64,000 nt of DNA from a candidate division WOR-3 bacterium (lineage in GTDB: Bacteria > Hydrothermota > 32-111), in NCBI GenBank assembly GCA_037481815.1, contig JBBFKX010000003.1:220278-284277 (forward strand), in the 5' to 3' direction. The translations under genes and the position numbers were made by a program. Below are positions 21,042 through 35,849 of the stretch, piece after piece. Each line of letters starts with the position of its first letter. The stretch's first letter is position 1. The notes beneath the pieces were generated by a model. The model was given only the letters and a program-made list of their open reading frames with translations. It was not told the DNA's origin and ran no database searches.

Positions 21042-21799
21042 ATTTCAACTTCCATACCATCATATGTGGGAAAAATACTTTTTGGTACAATCTTTAACAT
21101 ATCCTCATGTTTTAAAGAATCTGATATATGTACCAAAAATCCACTTTCAAATTCAAGAGATTTCACAAAAAAAATAGATTCCGCTATTGAAAAATGAGTT
21201 GGATGAGGTCTTGTTCTTAAAGCGTTGATTATTATATGTTTTCCATATTTTTTTATAAATCTAAAATTTTTTATGTCTATGTAAGAACCATCCATAAGTA
21301 TCACAAGATCATCGAGAATAAAACCTTTCATCTTTATATTTCCATGGTAATAATCAAAAGTTCTCAATGAAAATGGACCAATATTTTTTAACTTTTCAAC
21401 ATCGAAAAAAGAAAATTTTGGCTTTCCCCCACCTTCCTGTGAACCGTTGAAAACATAAGAATAAACTCTTCTGATTTCTCTTTCAACTTTTTTTGTACAA
21501 AAGATTTCCATACTCTTTTTATACTTTTTTGAGATCATCCTTGTATCATCAAGTCCAAATATATGATCAGCATGTGCATGTGTAATGAGAATACCATCAA
21601 TTCTATCAATTTTGCTTTTTAATAACTGTTCTCTGAGATCCTGTGAGGCATCTATAAGAAGATTAAAATCATCTTTAATAAGTAATAATCCAGGCCTTGT
21701 TCTTTTATCCCTTTTATCATCTGACAGACAAACATGACATGAACATCCGATGATTGGAACACCTGTTGATGTACCTGAACCAAGGATTTTGATTTTCAT
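21038..21799 (-). CDS. Metallo-beta-lactamase-fold phosphodiesterase (PhnP-like)
   Basis: LGSGTSTGVP..GCSCHVC, THAHADH, HPTHF. Confidence 0.9.
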   Translation of the reverse strand: MKIKILGSGTSTGVPIIGCSCHVCLSDDKRDKRTRPGLLLIKDDFNLLIDASQDLREQLLKSKIDRIDGILITHAHADHIFGLDDTRMISKKYKKSMEIFCTKKVEREIRRVYSYVFNGSQEGGGKPKFSFFDVEKLKNIGPFSLRTFDYYHGNIKMKGFILDDLVILMDGSYIDIKNFRFIKKYGKHIIINALRTRPHPTHFSIAESIFFVKSLEFESGFLVHISDSLKHEDMLKIVPKSIFPTYDGMEVEI

Positions 21800-23096
21800 C
21801 TCTTTCTCCAGAATAGCAGAATATCAAAAATAATATAAATCAGAACAAACAAACAAGATAAAAGTACGTTGTTGAATCTGTTTAACAATGGTGTTGAAAC
21901 AAGAAGAAAAAAAACTATCAGAAAATATCTTTTAACAAACATTTTAGATGGAAAGATATCCTTGATAGAAAAAATCGTTATAAAAACTGAAACAACCGTC
22001 GCAATAACAAAAGAGAAGGAAACGAGAAAGGTATTGAAAAATTTTGCGAATATCAGGGAGAATAAAACTGTTAAAAAAGAATCAAGAAGTGATATCAAAA
22101 AAAGTAAAACATTTTTACCTTTGAGTGAAAGTAAAAAACCAAATGGAATGTTTCTTAAAGGTAAAACCGTGAGATAGACCATAAAAAATCTATATGACTC
22201 AACATATCTCTCTGAGAACAAAATTTCAATTATTATTTTTGAATTTAGAAAGAAAAATAAAGTTAATATCCCTAAAATTAAAACCGAATACTTTAAAATT
22301 TTTTCAAAATCTTTTTTCAACTCCCCGTTTTTATTTTCCTCGATCTTCTCTTTTATATAGTCCGCTCTTTCATGGAATACTCCCGAAAAAAATCTTGCAA
22401 CAAGAGGTATCTCAAAACTACCTGTTGAATAATCAGCAAAACTTTTACCATAATAAAAGAGTGAAACCACAAATTTATCTATCTGTTTTGAAACACTCCC
22501 CAGTACTCCATTAAAATATAATGGCAAAGAAAATTTTATTATCTCTTTTTTATCATATTTTTTATTCTTTCTGTTGATAAAAAATGTCAACAGGAGATAG
22601 AAAACAATTTTTATAAACGCAAGATACAGAAGGTAAACAAAAAATTTATACTCATTATCCTTGAAAAGAAAAACAATAAAAACTGGAATAAAGAATGATA
22701 ACGATTCAAAAATATTTAAAAGAACCGAAACAAGAGGAGTTCTTAATGAAAGTGATGTTGCTTCACATACGAGAAAAAAGATAGAAGAAAATGAAACTAT
22801 GAAAGATAAAGGGATCAAAAACGATTTTGAAATTAAAAATAGTATAAAGAAAAAAATCAAAAGGAAAAAGAAAGATATCGCGTAAATCTGAAAAATATTT
22901 TTATTATCTCTTTCTCTGAAATAATAAAGTGTGTTTGTTGCCGGTACACCTGCAATGTTTATCCCTATCAAAAAGTACAGAATAAATTCCCTGAAATTTA
23001 TATAAAAATCAACAGAGAACAATCTTGAGCATATTACGGTTAACATAAAAATGATTATCGAGTAAAGAACTCTTCCTGAACCAACGAGTAAAGATT

Positions 23097-23100
<4 letters not shown>
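21796..23100 (-). CDS. Polysaccharide flippase-like (Wzx/MOP) membrane protein
   Basis: Many TM segments; SKQIDKFVVS...FADYSTGSFEIP and LFSERYVES patterns. Confidence 0.65.
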
Positions 23101-26535
<3,435 letters not shown>

Positions 26536-26536
26536 T

Positions 26537-29500
26537 TTACCTCCTGAATATGTATTTAACGCTGTCAACATCAAAGATATCCTGAATCTTCAAAAATAGT
26601 TGTGTTGTTGGATTTATCTTATATTTTTTAGATCTTATAGTCAAACTCTGTTCTGAATCGTAAACTTTAAAGTAAAGATTTTTTTCTCCCTTAAAATTTT
26701 TCAATACATTTTCAAGTTCATCAAACTCACCATTCTTATAAGAATCTGATGGTAAACTTATCTCGATTCCATCTATCATATCTTTTATCTGATTTAAAGT
26801 ATAGACCTTTTCAACGACAATCTTTACCTCAATATCCTTATCACTTTTAGAAACTCTACCTTCTATTACTACCTGTTGATCATCAAAAAGAATTTTTGAG
26901 TACTCTTCGAGTTTATTTGAAAAAATCATGCAATCAAGGTATCCCTCAAGTGTAAAAATTTTAAAATTCGCATAGTAAACACCAGATTTTGCCTTTTTCT
27001 TTGAGAAATCTGTAACTATACCCATGACTGTAACAAAAGTATCATTCTGCATATCTTTAATATCTTCGTTTGAAGCGGAAACGATAGATCTATATATCTC
27101 TCTTTCTTTCTCTATCGGATGTCCTGAAAGATAGAATCCAAGAACTTCTCTTTCATACATCAAGGTTGTCTCTTTATCCCATTTTTTTTGATTCACAAGT
27201 TTCTTTTTCCAGTCATCAAAAGATGGATCAACCGTAGAAGCGAACAGGTTCATCATTCCACTCTCTTCCTCTTTTTTCTTGCTCTGGGCTAAATTCATAA
27301 GGGGTGAAAGATTTTCAAAAAGTGTATCTCTGCTGATTTTCAACGAATCAAAGACCCCTGCCTTTATCAACGATTCTATCGCCTTCTGGTTAACGGTTGT
27401 TGTGTTAACTCTTAAAAGAAAATCCATAAAATCCTTAAATTTTCCTTCACTTCTTGAGTTCACTATTTCCCTAACTGCATTCTCTCCAACATTTTTAATA
27501 ACTCCCATTCCCAACCTCAAAGAATCGTTTTCGACTTTCACATAAAAATCTGAACTGTTAATATCTGGAGGGAGTATTGGAATCCCCATATCTTTAACTT
27601 CAGAGATGTAAAAAACGATATCTTTTATATTCGATATATAAGAATTTATAACGGAGCACATATATTCAACAGGGTAATGGGCTTTTAAATATGCCGTAAA
27701 ATATGAGAGTAGACCGTAAACTGTTGCATGTGATTTGTTGAATCCATAACCTGCAAACTTAGCCATTATCTCAAAGATTTCATAAGCGAGTTCTTCAGGA
27801 ATTCCCTGTTTCACTGCACCATCAACAAATCTTTTCGTGTATCTATCCATTATCGTAGGGTCTTTTTTACCCATCGCTTTTCTTAAAGTGTCAGCCTCAG
27901 CAAAAGTGAACCCACCAAGCATGTTAGCCATCTGCATAACCTGTTCCTGGAACAATGGATGACCAAAAGTTTCTTTTAGTATCGGTTCAAGTTTTGGATG
28001 TTTATATGTTATTTCTTCTTTTTTATTCTTTCTTTTTATTATACTTTCCTTCTGTTCTGGTCCAAGAGGTCCAGGCCTATAGAACGCTATGATGTTGATT
28101 ATATCGTTAAACTCTGTCGGTTTGTATCTTTTCAAAAGATCCCTCATCCCTGCACTTTCAAGCTGGAACACTCCTATCGTCTTTCCACTCTGTAAAAGTT
28201 CATAGGTTTTCTTATCATCAAGAGGTAAAGCGTAAAGATCTATATTAACATTTTTTTCTTTCAAAAGATCAAGTGTGAATTCGATCACGGAAAGTGTTGT
28301 CAGTCCCAAGACATCTATTTTTACAAGACCAATTTTTTCTATGCAGTTTTTTTCAAATTGGGTCACAATACCGTTATCATCAGAAGATTGTTTCCATACT
28401 GGAACGAAATCTGTCACAGGTCCAGGAGTTATAACTATTCCAGCGGCATGTTTTGATACATGTCTTTTGTTCTTCTCAAGACCAATTGCGAGGTTTAATA
28501 CTTTTTCATACTCCTCTTTTCCACCTGTCAACTCTTTCCAGTTTGTTATCTCATTTTTTCCCTCTTCGAGTGAAATATCTGGAGGTAATTTTTTGGTGAT
28601 ATTCTTTACCTCTGAAGGTGGAAGCCCGAAAACTCTCGCAACATCTGTAAACACCTGTCTTGATTTTAGGTTGTTAAATGCAGCGATCTGTGCAACATTC
28701 TCGTTTCCATATTCTTCGATCAAAAGGTTTATAAGTTTGTCTCGATCTTTATCTGAAATATCTATATCAACATCAGGCATGGAAACTCTATCCGGATTTA
28801 AAAATCTTTCAAAATATAAACCATAATCGAGTGGATTCACCTTTGTAACATCGAGAAGATACAAAACAAGTGAACCTGCCGCAGAACCTCGGCCTGGTCC
28901 AACGGGAATATTATTTTCTCTTGCCTTTTTAACCAGATTATAGATTATTATAAAATATCCTGAATAATTCATTCTCTCTATAACATCCATTTCAAATTTC
29001 ACGCGTTCAAGCACTTCTTTTGGTGGATTTCCTTTAAACTTTTTCTCAAGACCCCGATTTACAAGAAATTCAAGATAATTTTTTTCATTTTCAAACTCAT
29101 CGGGGATCGAAATTTTTGGCATTTTAAAGTTTTTACCTGTAGTGTCGATCGATACATTACATCTTTCAGCAATTTTAACACTGTTTTCAAGTGCAAGAGG
29201 AAGATCTTTAAAAAGGGTGTTCATCTGTTCTTTTGATTTTAAATAAAACTCCTTTGAAGAGAATTTTAACCTTCTTTCATCACTTAACACTGTTCCCGTC
29301 TGAAGGCACAAAAGAACATCATGTATCTCATAATCCTCTTCGTTAAGATAATGAACATCATTCGTTGCGACATAACCGATTCCAAGTTTTTCAGAAATTT
29401 CTAATTGTTTTTCGATTATGAGTTGATCATCAACCATACCAACTCTCATAAGTTCAAGGAAGAAATTGTCTTTTCCAAAAAATTCAATATATCTTTTTGC

Positions 29501-29980
29501 TGCATTTAAAGCATCTTCAAATCTGTTTTCAAGGATATAATTTTGTACTTCCCCTTTCCGGCATGCTGAAAGCCCGATCAACCCTTTTGAATGTTTTTTC
29601 AGAAGGTTGTAATCTATCCTCGGTTTATATCTGAAACCTTTTATATACGCCTCAGAAGAAAGTTTTATAAGATTTTTATAACCAGCATCATTTTCAGCAA
29701 GAATTAAAAGGTGAAAATTTTTATCATCATTTTTAACATTTTCGTTTCCATCCTTTTCAAGATCTTTTACAATGTAAAATTCCTGCCCTATTATCGGTTT
29801 GATACCATTTTTCACACATTTATCGTAAAACTCGATTATCCCGAAAAGGTTACCATGATCTGTGATCGCAAGTGAGGAATAATCGAGTTCAAGAGCCCTT
29901 TTTATAAGTTTGTCAAGATTTATCGCTCCATCGAGCAAGGAGTATTCCGTGTGAAGATGGAGATGGACGAAATCTTTCAT
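26537..29980 (-). CDS. dnaE: DNA polymerase III alpha subunit
   Basis: FVHLHLHTEYSLLDG, GPGRGSAAGS, MPDVDID, YGFNKSH. Confidence 0.98.
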   Translation of the reverse strand: MKDFVHLHLHTEYSLLDGAINLDKLIKRALELDYSSLAITDHGNLFGIIEFYDKCVKNGIKPIIGQEFYIVKDLEKDGNENVKNDDKNFHLLILAENDAGYKNLIKLSSEAYIKGFRYKPRIDYNLLKKHSKGLIGLSACRKGEVQNYILENRFEDALNAAKRYIEFFGKDNFFLELMRVGMVDDQLIIEKQLEISEKLGIGYVATNDVHYLNEEDYEIHDVLLCLQTGTVLSDERRLKFSSKEFYLKSKEQMNTLFKDLPLALENSVKIAERCNVSIDTTGKNFKMPKISIPDEFENEKNYLEFLVNRGLEKKFKGNPPKEVLERVKFEMDVIERMNYSGYFIIIYNLVKKARENNIPVGPGRGSAAGSLVLYLLDVTKVNPLDYGLYFERFLNPDRVSMPDVDIDISDKDRDKLINLLIEEYGNENVAQIAAFNNLKSRQVFTDVARVFGLPPSEVKNITKKLPPDISLEEGKNEITNWKELTGGKEEYEKVLNLAIGLEKNKRHVSKHAAGIVITPGPVTDFVPVWKQSSDDNGIVTQFEKNCIEKIGLVKIDVLGLTTLSVIEFTLDLLKEKNVNIDLYALPLDDKKTYELLQSGKTIGVFQLESAGMRDLLKRYKPTEFNDIINIIAFYRPGPLGPEQKESIIKRKNKKEEITYKHPKLEPILKETFGHPLFQEQVMQMANMLGGFTFAEADTLRKAMGKKDPTIMDRYTKRFVDGAVKQGIPEELAYEIFEIMAKFAGYGFNKSHATVYGLLSYFTAYLKAHYPVEYMCSVINSYISNIKDIVFYISEVKDMGIPILPPDINSSDFYVKVENDSLRLGMGVIKNVGENAVREIVNSRSEGKFKDFMDFLLRVNTTTVNQKAIESLIKAGVFDSLKISRDTLFENLSPLMNLAQSKKKEEESGMMNLFASTVDPSFDDWKKKLVNQKKWDKETTLMYEREVLGFYLSGHPIEKEREIYRSIVSASNEDIKDMQNDTFVTVMGIVTDFSKKKAKSGVYYANFKIFTLEGYLDCMIFSNKLEEYSKILFDDQQVVIEGRVSKSDKDIEVKIVVEKVYTLNQIKDMIDGIEISLPSDSYKNGEFDELENVLKNFKGEKNLYFKVYDSEQSLTIRSKKYKINPTTQLFLKIQDIFDVDSVKYIFRR

Positions 29981-30798
29981 TTTTCTTTTGCCTTTCCTAA
30001 ATCCTTTACAAGTAATCTATTTATCCTGTGCTTATGTGTCTCAAGAATTTTTATCTCATAGTTATCAATTGTAATGACCTCTCCTTTTCTTGGCAGATGC
30101 TCAAGTTTTGAAACAACAAATCCACCGATCGAATTAACATCTTCTGAAACGAATTTTGAACCGATATTTTCGTTAAAATCATCAAGGTTCATCATTCCTG
30201 ATACAAGATAGGTGTTTTCGTCTATTTTTTTGTAATCTATGTCCTCTTTTTCAAGTTCATCCTGAATCTCTCCAACGATCTCTTCAATAATATCTTCCAT
30301 CGTTACTATACCTGCAACACCACCATATTCATCTATAACAATTGCAATCGAGATATGGTTTTTTTGAAACTCTCTCAAAGCTGAAAGTGCCGACTTCGTT
30401 TCGGGAACAAAATATGGAGGCCTTACGATTTCAACCGCGTACAGTTCTTTTTGATTTTTGAAAAATTTCAAAATATCTTTTGAATAGATTATCCCAACAA
30501 TGTTATCAATGTTCCCCTGATAGACAACTATTCTTGATTTTCCGGTTTTATTTATGAGTTCAACCACATCGCTTAAACTCTCATCAAAAGGAACCGCTTT
30601 AACATCAACTCTTGGAACCATTATTTCACCGATCAAGGTTTCTTCAAGTTCAAATATACCTTCCACAAGATCCTTTTCATCATCAGAGATTATTTTTTTC
30701 TCCTCGGATTCCTCTATCATCTCCTTTATAAACTGTTCTTTTGTATTTGGATTCTTACCAAAAAGTATTTTAAGAATCTCTTTTAATTTCCCTTCCAT
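29977..30798 (-). CDS. CBS-pair/CorC-HlyC domain protein
   Basis: EIMVPRVD, SRIVVY, IDEYGGVAGIVTMEDIIEEIVGEIQDE. Confidence 0.9.
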   Translation of the reverse strand: MEGKLKEILKILFGKNPNTKEQFIKEMIEESEEKKIISDDEKDLVEGIFELEETLIGEIMVPRVDVKAVPFDESLSDVVELINKTGKSRIVVYQGNIDNIVGIIYSKDILKFFKNQKELYAVEIVRPPYFVPETKSALSALREFQKNHISIAIVIDEYGGVAGIVTMEDIIEEIVGEIQDELEKEDIDYKKIDENTYLVSGMMNLDDFNENIGSKFVSEDVNSIGGFVVSKLEHLPRKGEVITIDNYEIKILETHKHRINRLLVKDLGKAKEK

Positions 30799-31405
30799 CT
30801 TTTATCTCTCCATTTCTATTTATAAATAAACCACTCGTTACTATTATATTGAACGCTTCTTCAAGAGTAAAATCGGTTTCGATAATATCTTTTTTCTTTA
30901 CAACAGCAAAAAATCCAGATGTCGGGTTTGGTGATGTTGGAATAAAAATTGATAATGCTTCTTCTCCATCGATAAACCATTTTTCATCGTTCGTTACAAA
31001 TCCTATTGTATACATATCCCTGTTAAAATAGTTTACAAAAACAACCCTTTTGAACGATTTCTTTTTCTGTTGAAAGAGTTGGTTTACGATTTCCTTTGTA
31101 GGCATATAAATATTTTTTACAAAAGGTGTTGAAAGAAGAACATTTTCAAAGAAAGAGATAAGATATTTTCCAATGTACATCTCTCCTATATAACCTAGAA
31201 TTATAATTAAAATCATTGAAAGAACAAAGCCAATAAAATTTATCACAAAAACGGGGAGATTCCTGACATAAGGAATACTTTTAAAAATGAATCCCCAGAA
31301 TCCTCCCAATTTTGAAATCACAAATGTAACAAAAAGTACGGTCACAAAAAGTGGAACTATTACTAAAATTCCAGAGATAAAAAGTTGTTTTATTCTTTGT
31401 TTCAT
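30770..31405 (-). CDS. DUF502 family membrane protein
   Basis: GILVIVPLFVT, PFVKNIY, FIPTSPNPTSGF. Confidence 0.88.
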   Translation of the reverse strand: MKQRIKQLFISGILVIVPLFVTVLFVTFVISKLGGFWGFIFKSIPYVRNLPVFVINFIGFVLSMILIIILGYIGEMYIGKYLISFFENVLLSTPFVKNIYMPTKEIVNQLFQQKKKSFKRVVFVNYFNRDMYTIGFVTNDEKWFIDGEEALSIFIPTSPNPTSGFFAVVKKKDIIETDFTLEEAFNIIVTSGLFINRNGEIKDGREIKRDS

Positions 31406-31409
31406 AATA

Positions 31410-34400
31410 TCATTTTATAAGTAAAATTTTATCTTTAAACAAGACCTTTTCATTTTCAAACATCACAAAATATACACCATTTGAAAAATTTTTCAAATCA
31501 AAAGTGAAACTGCTTCTGTTTTCGAATGTGAAATTTTTAATAACTCTTCCGTCGATAGATAAAATTTTAACTTTCCACACACCTTTGAGTCCCTTAAAAT
31601 AATATGTTAACTTATCTTTGTTTATAATGGTTGTATCGGCTCTAACTATACCTGTTGTTTCAGAGTAGAAGAATTTTGGTTTTACCTTAACATAACTTAT
31701 AAAAACTCCACTATCGGTTATCACAGAATCGCTTCTGAATACAAATTGTAATTTCACCTTTTCAACAGAATCGACCTTCATATTGTAAACTTTCCATCCT
31801 TTTACAATAAGCGATGAGTCCTTTGTCAAAGCACCCCCTGAGGATATAAAATCGAGTATCTTTGTCGAGTCATCTTTCAAAAGATTTATAAATATTCCAT
31901 CAACATTGAAAATCGGCTGAGAGTTGTAAAATTCAAGAACCGGAAGTTTTGTATATATGTAAACAGAACATAACGTTTGTGGATAGATATAAAATTCTTG
32001 CGAGGTTATTGTATCTGCCATATTGTTGAAATAACCCGTTTCGTTCCCCGGGTGAAGATTCTGATTTTTTGTTATGATCCAATTTGAAGTATATTTTTCC
32101 CATTTTGAAAGATCTCCGATAAAATCATCGTAAAAAGAATATTCTCCGTTGTTTAAGTAATCTGTTTTTTGACCAAGGAGTGTATCGTTTTTGTAAATGT
32201 AAAAAGAAAATTTTAAATTTTCTTCCCCCGTGGGAACACCACATAAAAAAGTTTTTTGTAATGTGCTATCAAAATTTTCAAAAAATATGGTATCAAGAAG
32301 ATTGAAAGAACCCTGAAGAACAACTCTGAACTTTGCGTTTTCAACTTTGGGACTTTTTTCTTTTTTAATTTTTATGTTAAAGTTTGAGTTTGAAAAGTAA
32401 AGGTTTTCAACAACTAAATTCAATTTATGAATTTTTAAAAATATTGTATCATCTAATATATTATCAATATAAAGATGAAGGGTATCTATATTTCCGTTCG
32501 ACGATAATGGAACATACATTATAGAATCAGTTGAATTACCCTGTAAAACAAATTCTTCATTCACAAATTTTGAAATCAGTTTAATATTATGTGGAGTTAG
32601 ATCAGAATTTTTTATCTTCAAATAGTTGTTTGAACCTGAAAACAAACTGTCTGAAAAGATCGAGACATTGTTTGTTCCAACATTTTTCAAAACCAGGGAA
32701 TCATAGACAGTTTTATAATTCACCCTGCTTGCAACAAAGTATATATAATCACTATCATTTATTCCTGTGGTTGAAAAACTTATATACCCGTTACCATCGG
32801 TGTTCCCTCTTCTTAAAATCGTATCTTTCGAAAAACATATCAAAACATTACTTACAGGATGATTGTTCTGATCTCTAACAAAAACTTCTAAAAAATCTGA
32901 ATTCTTTTTAAAAACCACATTCAAATTTTCAGGATTTTTTGTAAATATTGGAAGTTCTGGATCACCAAAATAGTTTAACTGATAAATATGCCATCTGTAG
33001 AGATTTTCACTATACGAAAAAGGTTCGATTTCGCTTTTCACCTGGTTTAAAATTTCTGATGGTCTTTTAGATTCACTTTCCTGAAAAAGAATCTGGAAAA
33101 ACCTGTAATCAAGTATCTCAGAAACACCATACCCCGGATAACCAGGAGCACCCCATCCATACCTTGAATTTGTGATAAGAGAGATAAATCCACCTGTTGG
33201 AGAATCCTGAAAATTTTCTGTTATCGAATGCAGAATATATGTAGTATCCTCTCGATCAAAAGCCCCCACCCAGCATCCTATTGAATAGAAAAGTCCAGTT
33301 TTACTTCCGTTGGTCAAAGTTGTTGCATCACCTCTCGTGATTGCAGTTTTATAATCAACCCATACACCTTTAAAAGAACCGTGTCCATTGTGGTTAACTA
33401 TGTTGTATCCCATATCAAGAGAATCAAGAATATCTGACTTTCCAATATGTCCCAAATCTTCATAAAATTTTAAAAGATGAAAATCGGAAGGAATGATATC
33501 GTTGTCTATCATATCCTTGGCAACACCACCAGAGGTCATCGGATCATCCCAGAGAACCATCCCAAGAAAAACACCTCTTGAAAGGTGTTCAGTATTCTTT
33601 ACAAGATCATAATCTATTATCCTTGAGATTATTGGAGATGGACCATAATAAATCGTGTCAAAAAGTATTCTTCCAACAACAACCTCTGGAACAAGATCTG
33701 AGGAATCTTCAACCTCTCCCCAAACACCGTCTCCGTCGAAATTAAAGTTTCCATCAAGGTTTGAATAATATATATCTGAAGGTATCGAGTCCTCATCAGG
33801 ATAATAGTCAGCATTACAGTTCATAGCGTAAAGCCGTCTGACAGGTATAATCGCTCTATCACCTCCAAGCAAAAGGTATTTGAACCCGTTTGTGTTATAT
33901 TCGTCTATTATGTAATTCCTTATCTTTTCAGCACTATCAACTCCAGAATAGTATGGGAGTATCGATTCGATAAAACTCAACTTCGTTTTATACCCTTTTT
34001 TCGTTTTCCAATCTTTAAGGCGGGAAAAAATCGAATCATACTTTATCGAAGTGATTATCAGATAATCGTATAAAGAATTTTCTTTCTTTTCTACAGATAA
34101 AATTTTTGAACATGAAACAGTTGCCTTCTCATAAGAAAATATCTTCCCATCTTTAATAAAATATGGAAATATTTTTACAGAATTTTTTAGAGGAGAATAT
34201 TCAAAATACACTTTCAATTCACCTTTGAACAATTTTTCCTGTTCAACTTTTCTTACAGATAAGGGTTGTTGAGAAAAACTTATCAATTTATAATCTTTAA
34301 CTTCAAAAGGATTTTCAAATTCAACACTCTCAATTTTGCTCAATCTATCTTTCAAAATTATAATATAAGATGGAAGATTAACATCAAAATTATTTTCCAT

Positions 34401-34520
34401 CACTTTTAAAAAACTGATTTCTTTAAGATCATTTTCCTTTTGAAAGTTTATTTCAAGTTTTTCTGGATAGACAGAGATGACTAAAAATAGTAAAACAACA
34501 AAAAGAATTTTTTTGTTCAT
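31410..34520 (-). CDS. Gingipain-like C25 cysteine peptidase with T9SS-type C-terminal domain
   Basis: YLIIT, YLLLGGD, SDIYYS, VGRI, NHNGHG, SIGCW, YFGDP; ends SIDGR...NGVYFV...LLIK. Confidence 0.85.
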   Translation of the reverse strand: MNKKILFVVLLFLVISVYPEKLEINFQKENDLKEISFLKVMENNFDVNLPSYIIILKDRLSKIESVEFENPFEVKDYKLISFSQQPLSVRKVEQEKLFKGELKVYFEYSPLKNSVKIFPYFIKDGKIFSYEKATVSCSKILSVEKKENSLYDYLIITSIKYDSIFSRLKDWKTKKGYKTKLSFIESILPYYSGVDSAEKIRNYIIDEYNTNGFKYLLLGGDRAIIPVRRLYAMNCNADYYPDEDSIPSDIYYSNLDGNFNFDGDGVWGEVEDSSDLVPEVVVGRILFDTIYYGPSPIISRIIDYDLVKNTEHLSRGVFLGMVLWDDPMTSGGVAKDMIDNDIIPSDFHLLKFYEDLGHIGKSDILDSLDMGYNIVNHNGHGSFKGVWVDYKTAITRGDATTLTNGSKTGLFYSIGCWVGAFDREDTTYILHSITENFQDSPTGGFISLITNSRYGWGAPGYPGYGVSEILDYRFFQILFQESESKRPSEILNQVKSEIEPFSYSENLYRWHIYQLNYFGDPELPIFTKNPENLNVVFKKNSDFLEVFVRDQNNHPVSNVLICFSKDTILRRGNTDGNGYISFSTTGINDSDYIYFVASRVNYKTVYDSLVLKNVGTNNVSIFSDSLFSGSNNYLKIKNSDLTPHNIKLISKFVNEEFVLQGNSTDSIMYVPLSSNGNIDTLHLYIDNILDDTIFLKIHKLNLVVENLYFSNSNFNIKIKKEKSPKVENAKFRVVLQGSFNLLDTIFFENFDSTLQKTFLCGVPTGEENLKFSFYIYKNDTLLGQKTDYLNNGEYSFYDDFIGDLSKWEKYTSNWIITKNQNLHPGNETGYFNNMADTITSQEFYIYPQTLCSVYIYTKLPVLEFYNSQPIFNVDGIFINLLKDDSTKILDFISSGGALTKDSSLIVKGWKVYNMKVDSVEKVKLQFVFRSDSVITDSGVFISYVKVKPKFFYSETTGIVRADTTIINKDKLTYYFKGLKGVWKVKILSIDGRVIKNFTFENRSSFTFDLKNFSNGVYFVMFENEKVLFKDKILLIK

Positions 34521-34575
34521 AAAACCTCTTTTATAAAATTATAAATTATTGTAAAAAAATATCAACTTTAAAAGT

Positions 34576-35802
34576 TTATTGTGGAGTATATCCTGCATCC
34601 CTGATCGCATTCACAACATCTTCGTTATCAAATTCTCCTTGAACATAAACCTCTTTTTTTGATATATCAACAAATACCTTTTCCACTCCTTTAACCTTCA
34701 AAACATTTTTTTCTATGTTGTTAGCACAATGAGCGCAGGATATATCCGGAACATAAAAATTTTTCCCTTCCATTTTTTTCCTCCAGATTCTTATCAAATA
34801 AGGTCTTAAAATTAATACGATTAAAACGATGGACGAAAACAATTTCCAGTAATTTATGTTTTCTGAATGTCTATGAGTGATCTGATTTCTCATAAAATCA
34901 AAATTTTTAAAGATAGTATCAAGAAGAAAACCTGAAACTAACGATATTATAAAAATAGAAACAAGGTAAATTAAAAGTGTTTTTTTCCCTAACCTTTTAA
35001 AAACGAAAAGTATCGTTGCACTGTTCGTTGCTGGTCCTGTGATCAAAAAAACAAGAGCAGCACCAGGAGAGATGCCTTTTATAATAAATGAAAGGGCTAT
35101 TGGAATTGAACCTGTTGCACAAACATATAAAGGAGTTCCCACAAGCATCATAAAAAGATATGAAAGGAACCTGTTTGAAAAATAACTTTTAAAAAGAGTT
35201 TCGGGAACCAAATAGGAAATCAATGTTCCTAAAACTATTCCCAGAATTATCCATTTACCGGTTGATTCAACAAGTTCAATAAATGAATATTTCAAAGATT
35301 TTAAAAACTTTTCTTTTAGATTCTTTCTCTCAACATCTCTGACCTTACATACCTCTATCTTTTCTCTGGTGTTAACATCTTCTTCTTTAACAAAGAACTT
35401 TACAAGTGTTCCACCAAGAAGACCTCCAAGAAAAGAACTTATCGGTCTAAAAAAAGCGAACACAGGTCCTAGAAGAGAATATGTTGCAAAAATAGAATCA
35501 AATCCCGTTGTGGGTGTAGAGATTAAAAATGAAACTATAGATTTTTTTGAAGCACCACTTCTTCTAAGATGTTCCACAAGTGGTATAACTCCACATGAAC
35601 AAACTGGAATAGGCACTCCCAGAATTGCCGCTTTAAAAATATCTGAAAATCCTTTGTCAGATAAATTTTTATATATTTGATCTTCAGAAACAAATAATTT
35701 TGCAATACCTGCTGCCAAAAAACCAAGCAAAAGATATTCTGACATCGAATAAAAAATTGATACTCCGGGCAAAGAAATAATAAATTTGATAGTATTTCCC
35801 AT
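34576..35802 (-). CDS. SO_0444-like heavy-metal permease fused to a C-terminal HMA domain
   Basis: PVCSCGVIP, FLISTP, YVCATGSIP, GPATN; HMA motif DISCAHC. Confidence 0.85.
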   Translation of the reverse strand: MGNTIKFIISLPGVSIFYSMSEYLLLGFLAAGIAKLFVSEDQIYKNLSDKGFSDIFKAAILGVPIPVCSCGVIPLVEHLRRSGASKKSIVSFLISTPTTGFDSIFATYSLLGPVFAFFRPISSFLGGLLGGTLVKFFVKEEDVNTREKIEVCKVRDVERKNLKEKFLKSLKYSFIELVESTGKWIILGIVLGTLISYLVPETLFKSYFSNRFLSYLFMMLVGTPLYVCATGSIPIALSFIIKGISPGAALVFLITGPATNSATILFVFKRLGKKTLLIYLVSIFIISLVSGFLLDTIFKNFDFMRNQITHRHSENINYWKLFSSIVLIVLILRPYLIRIWRKKMEGKNFYVPDISCAHCANNIEKNVLKVKGVEKVFVDISKKEVYVQGEFDNEDVVNAIRDAGYTPQ

Positions 35803-35849
35803 CATTTCAATCTAAGTTTAATAGAAAAGTTGTCAAGGATATAAAAGCA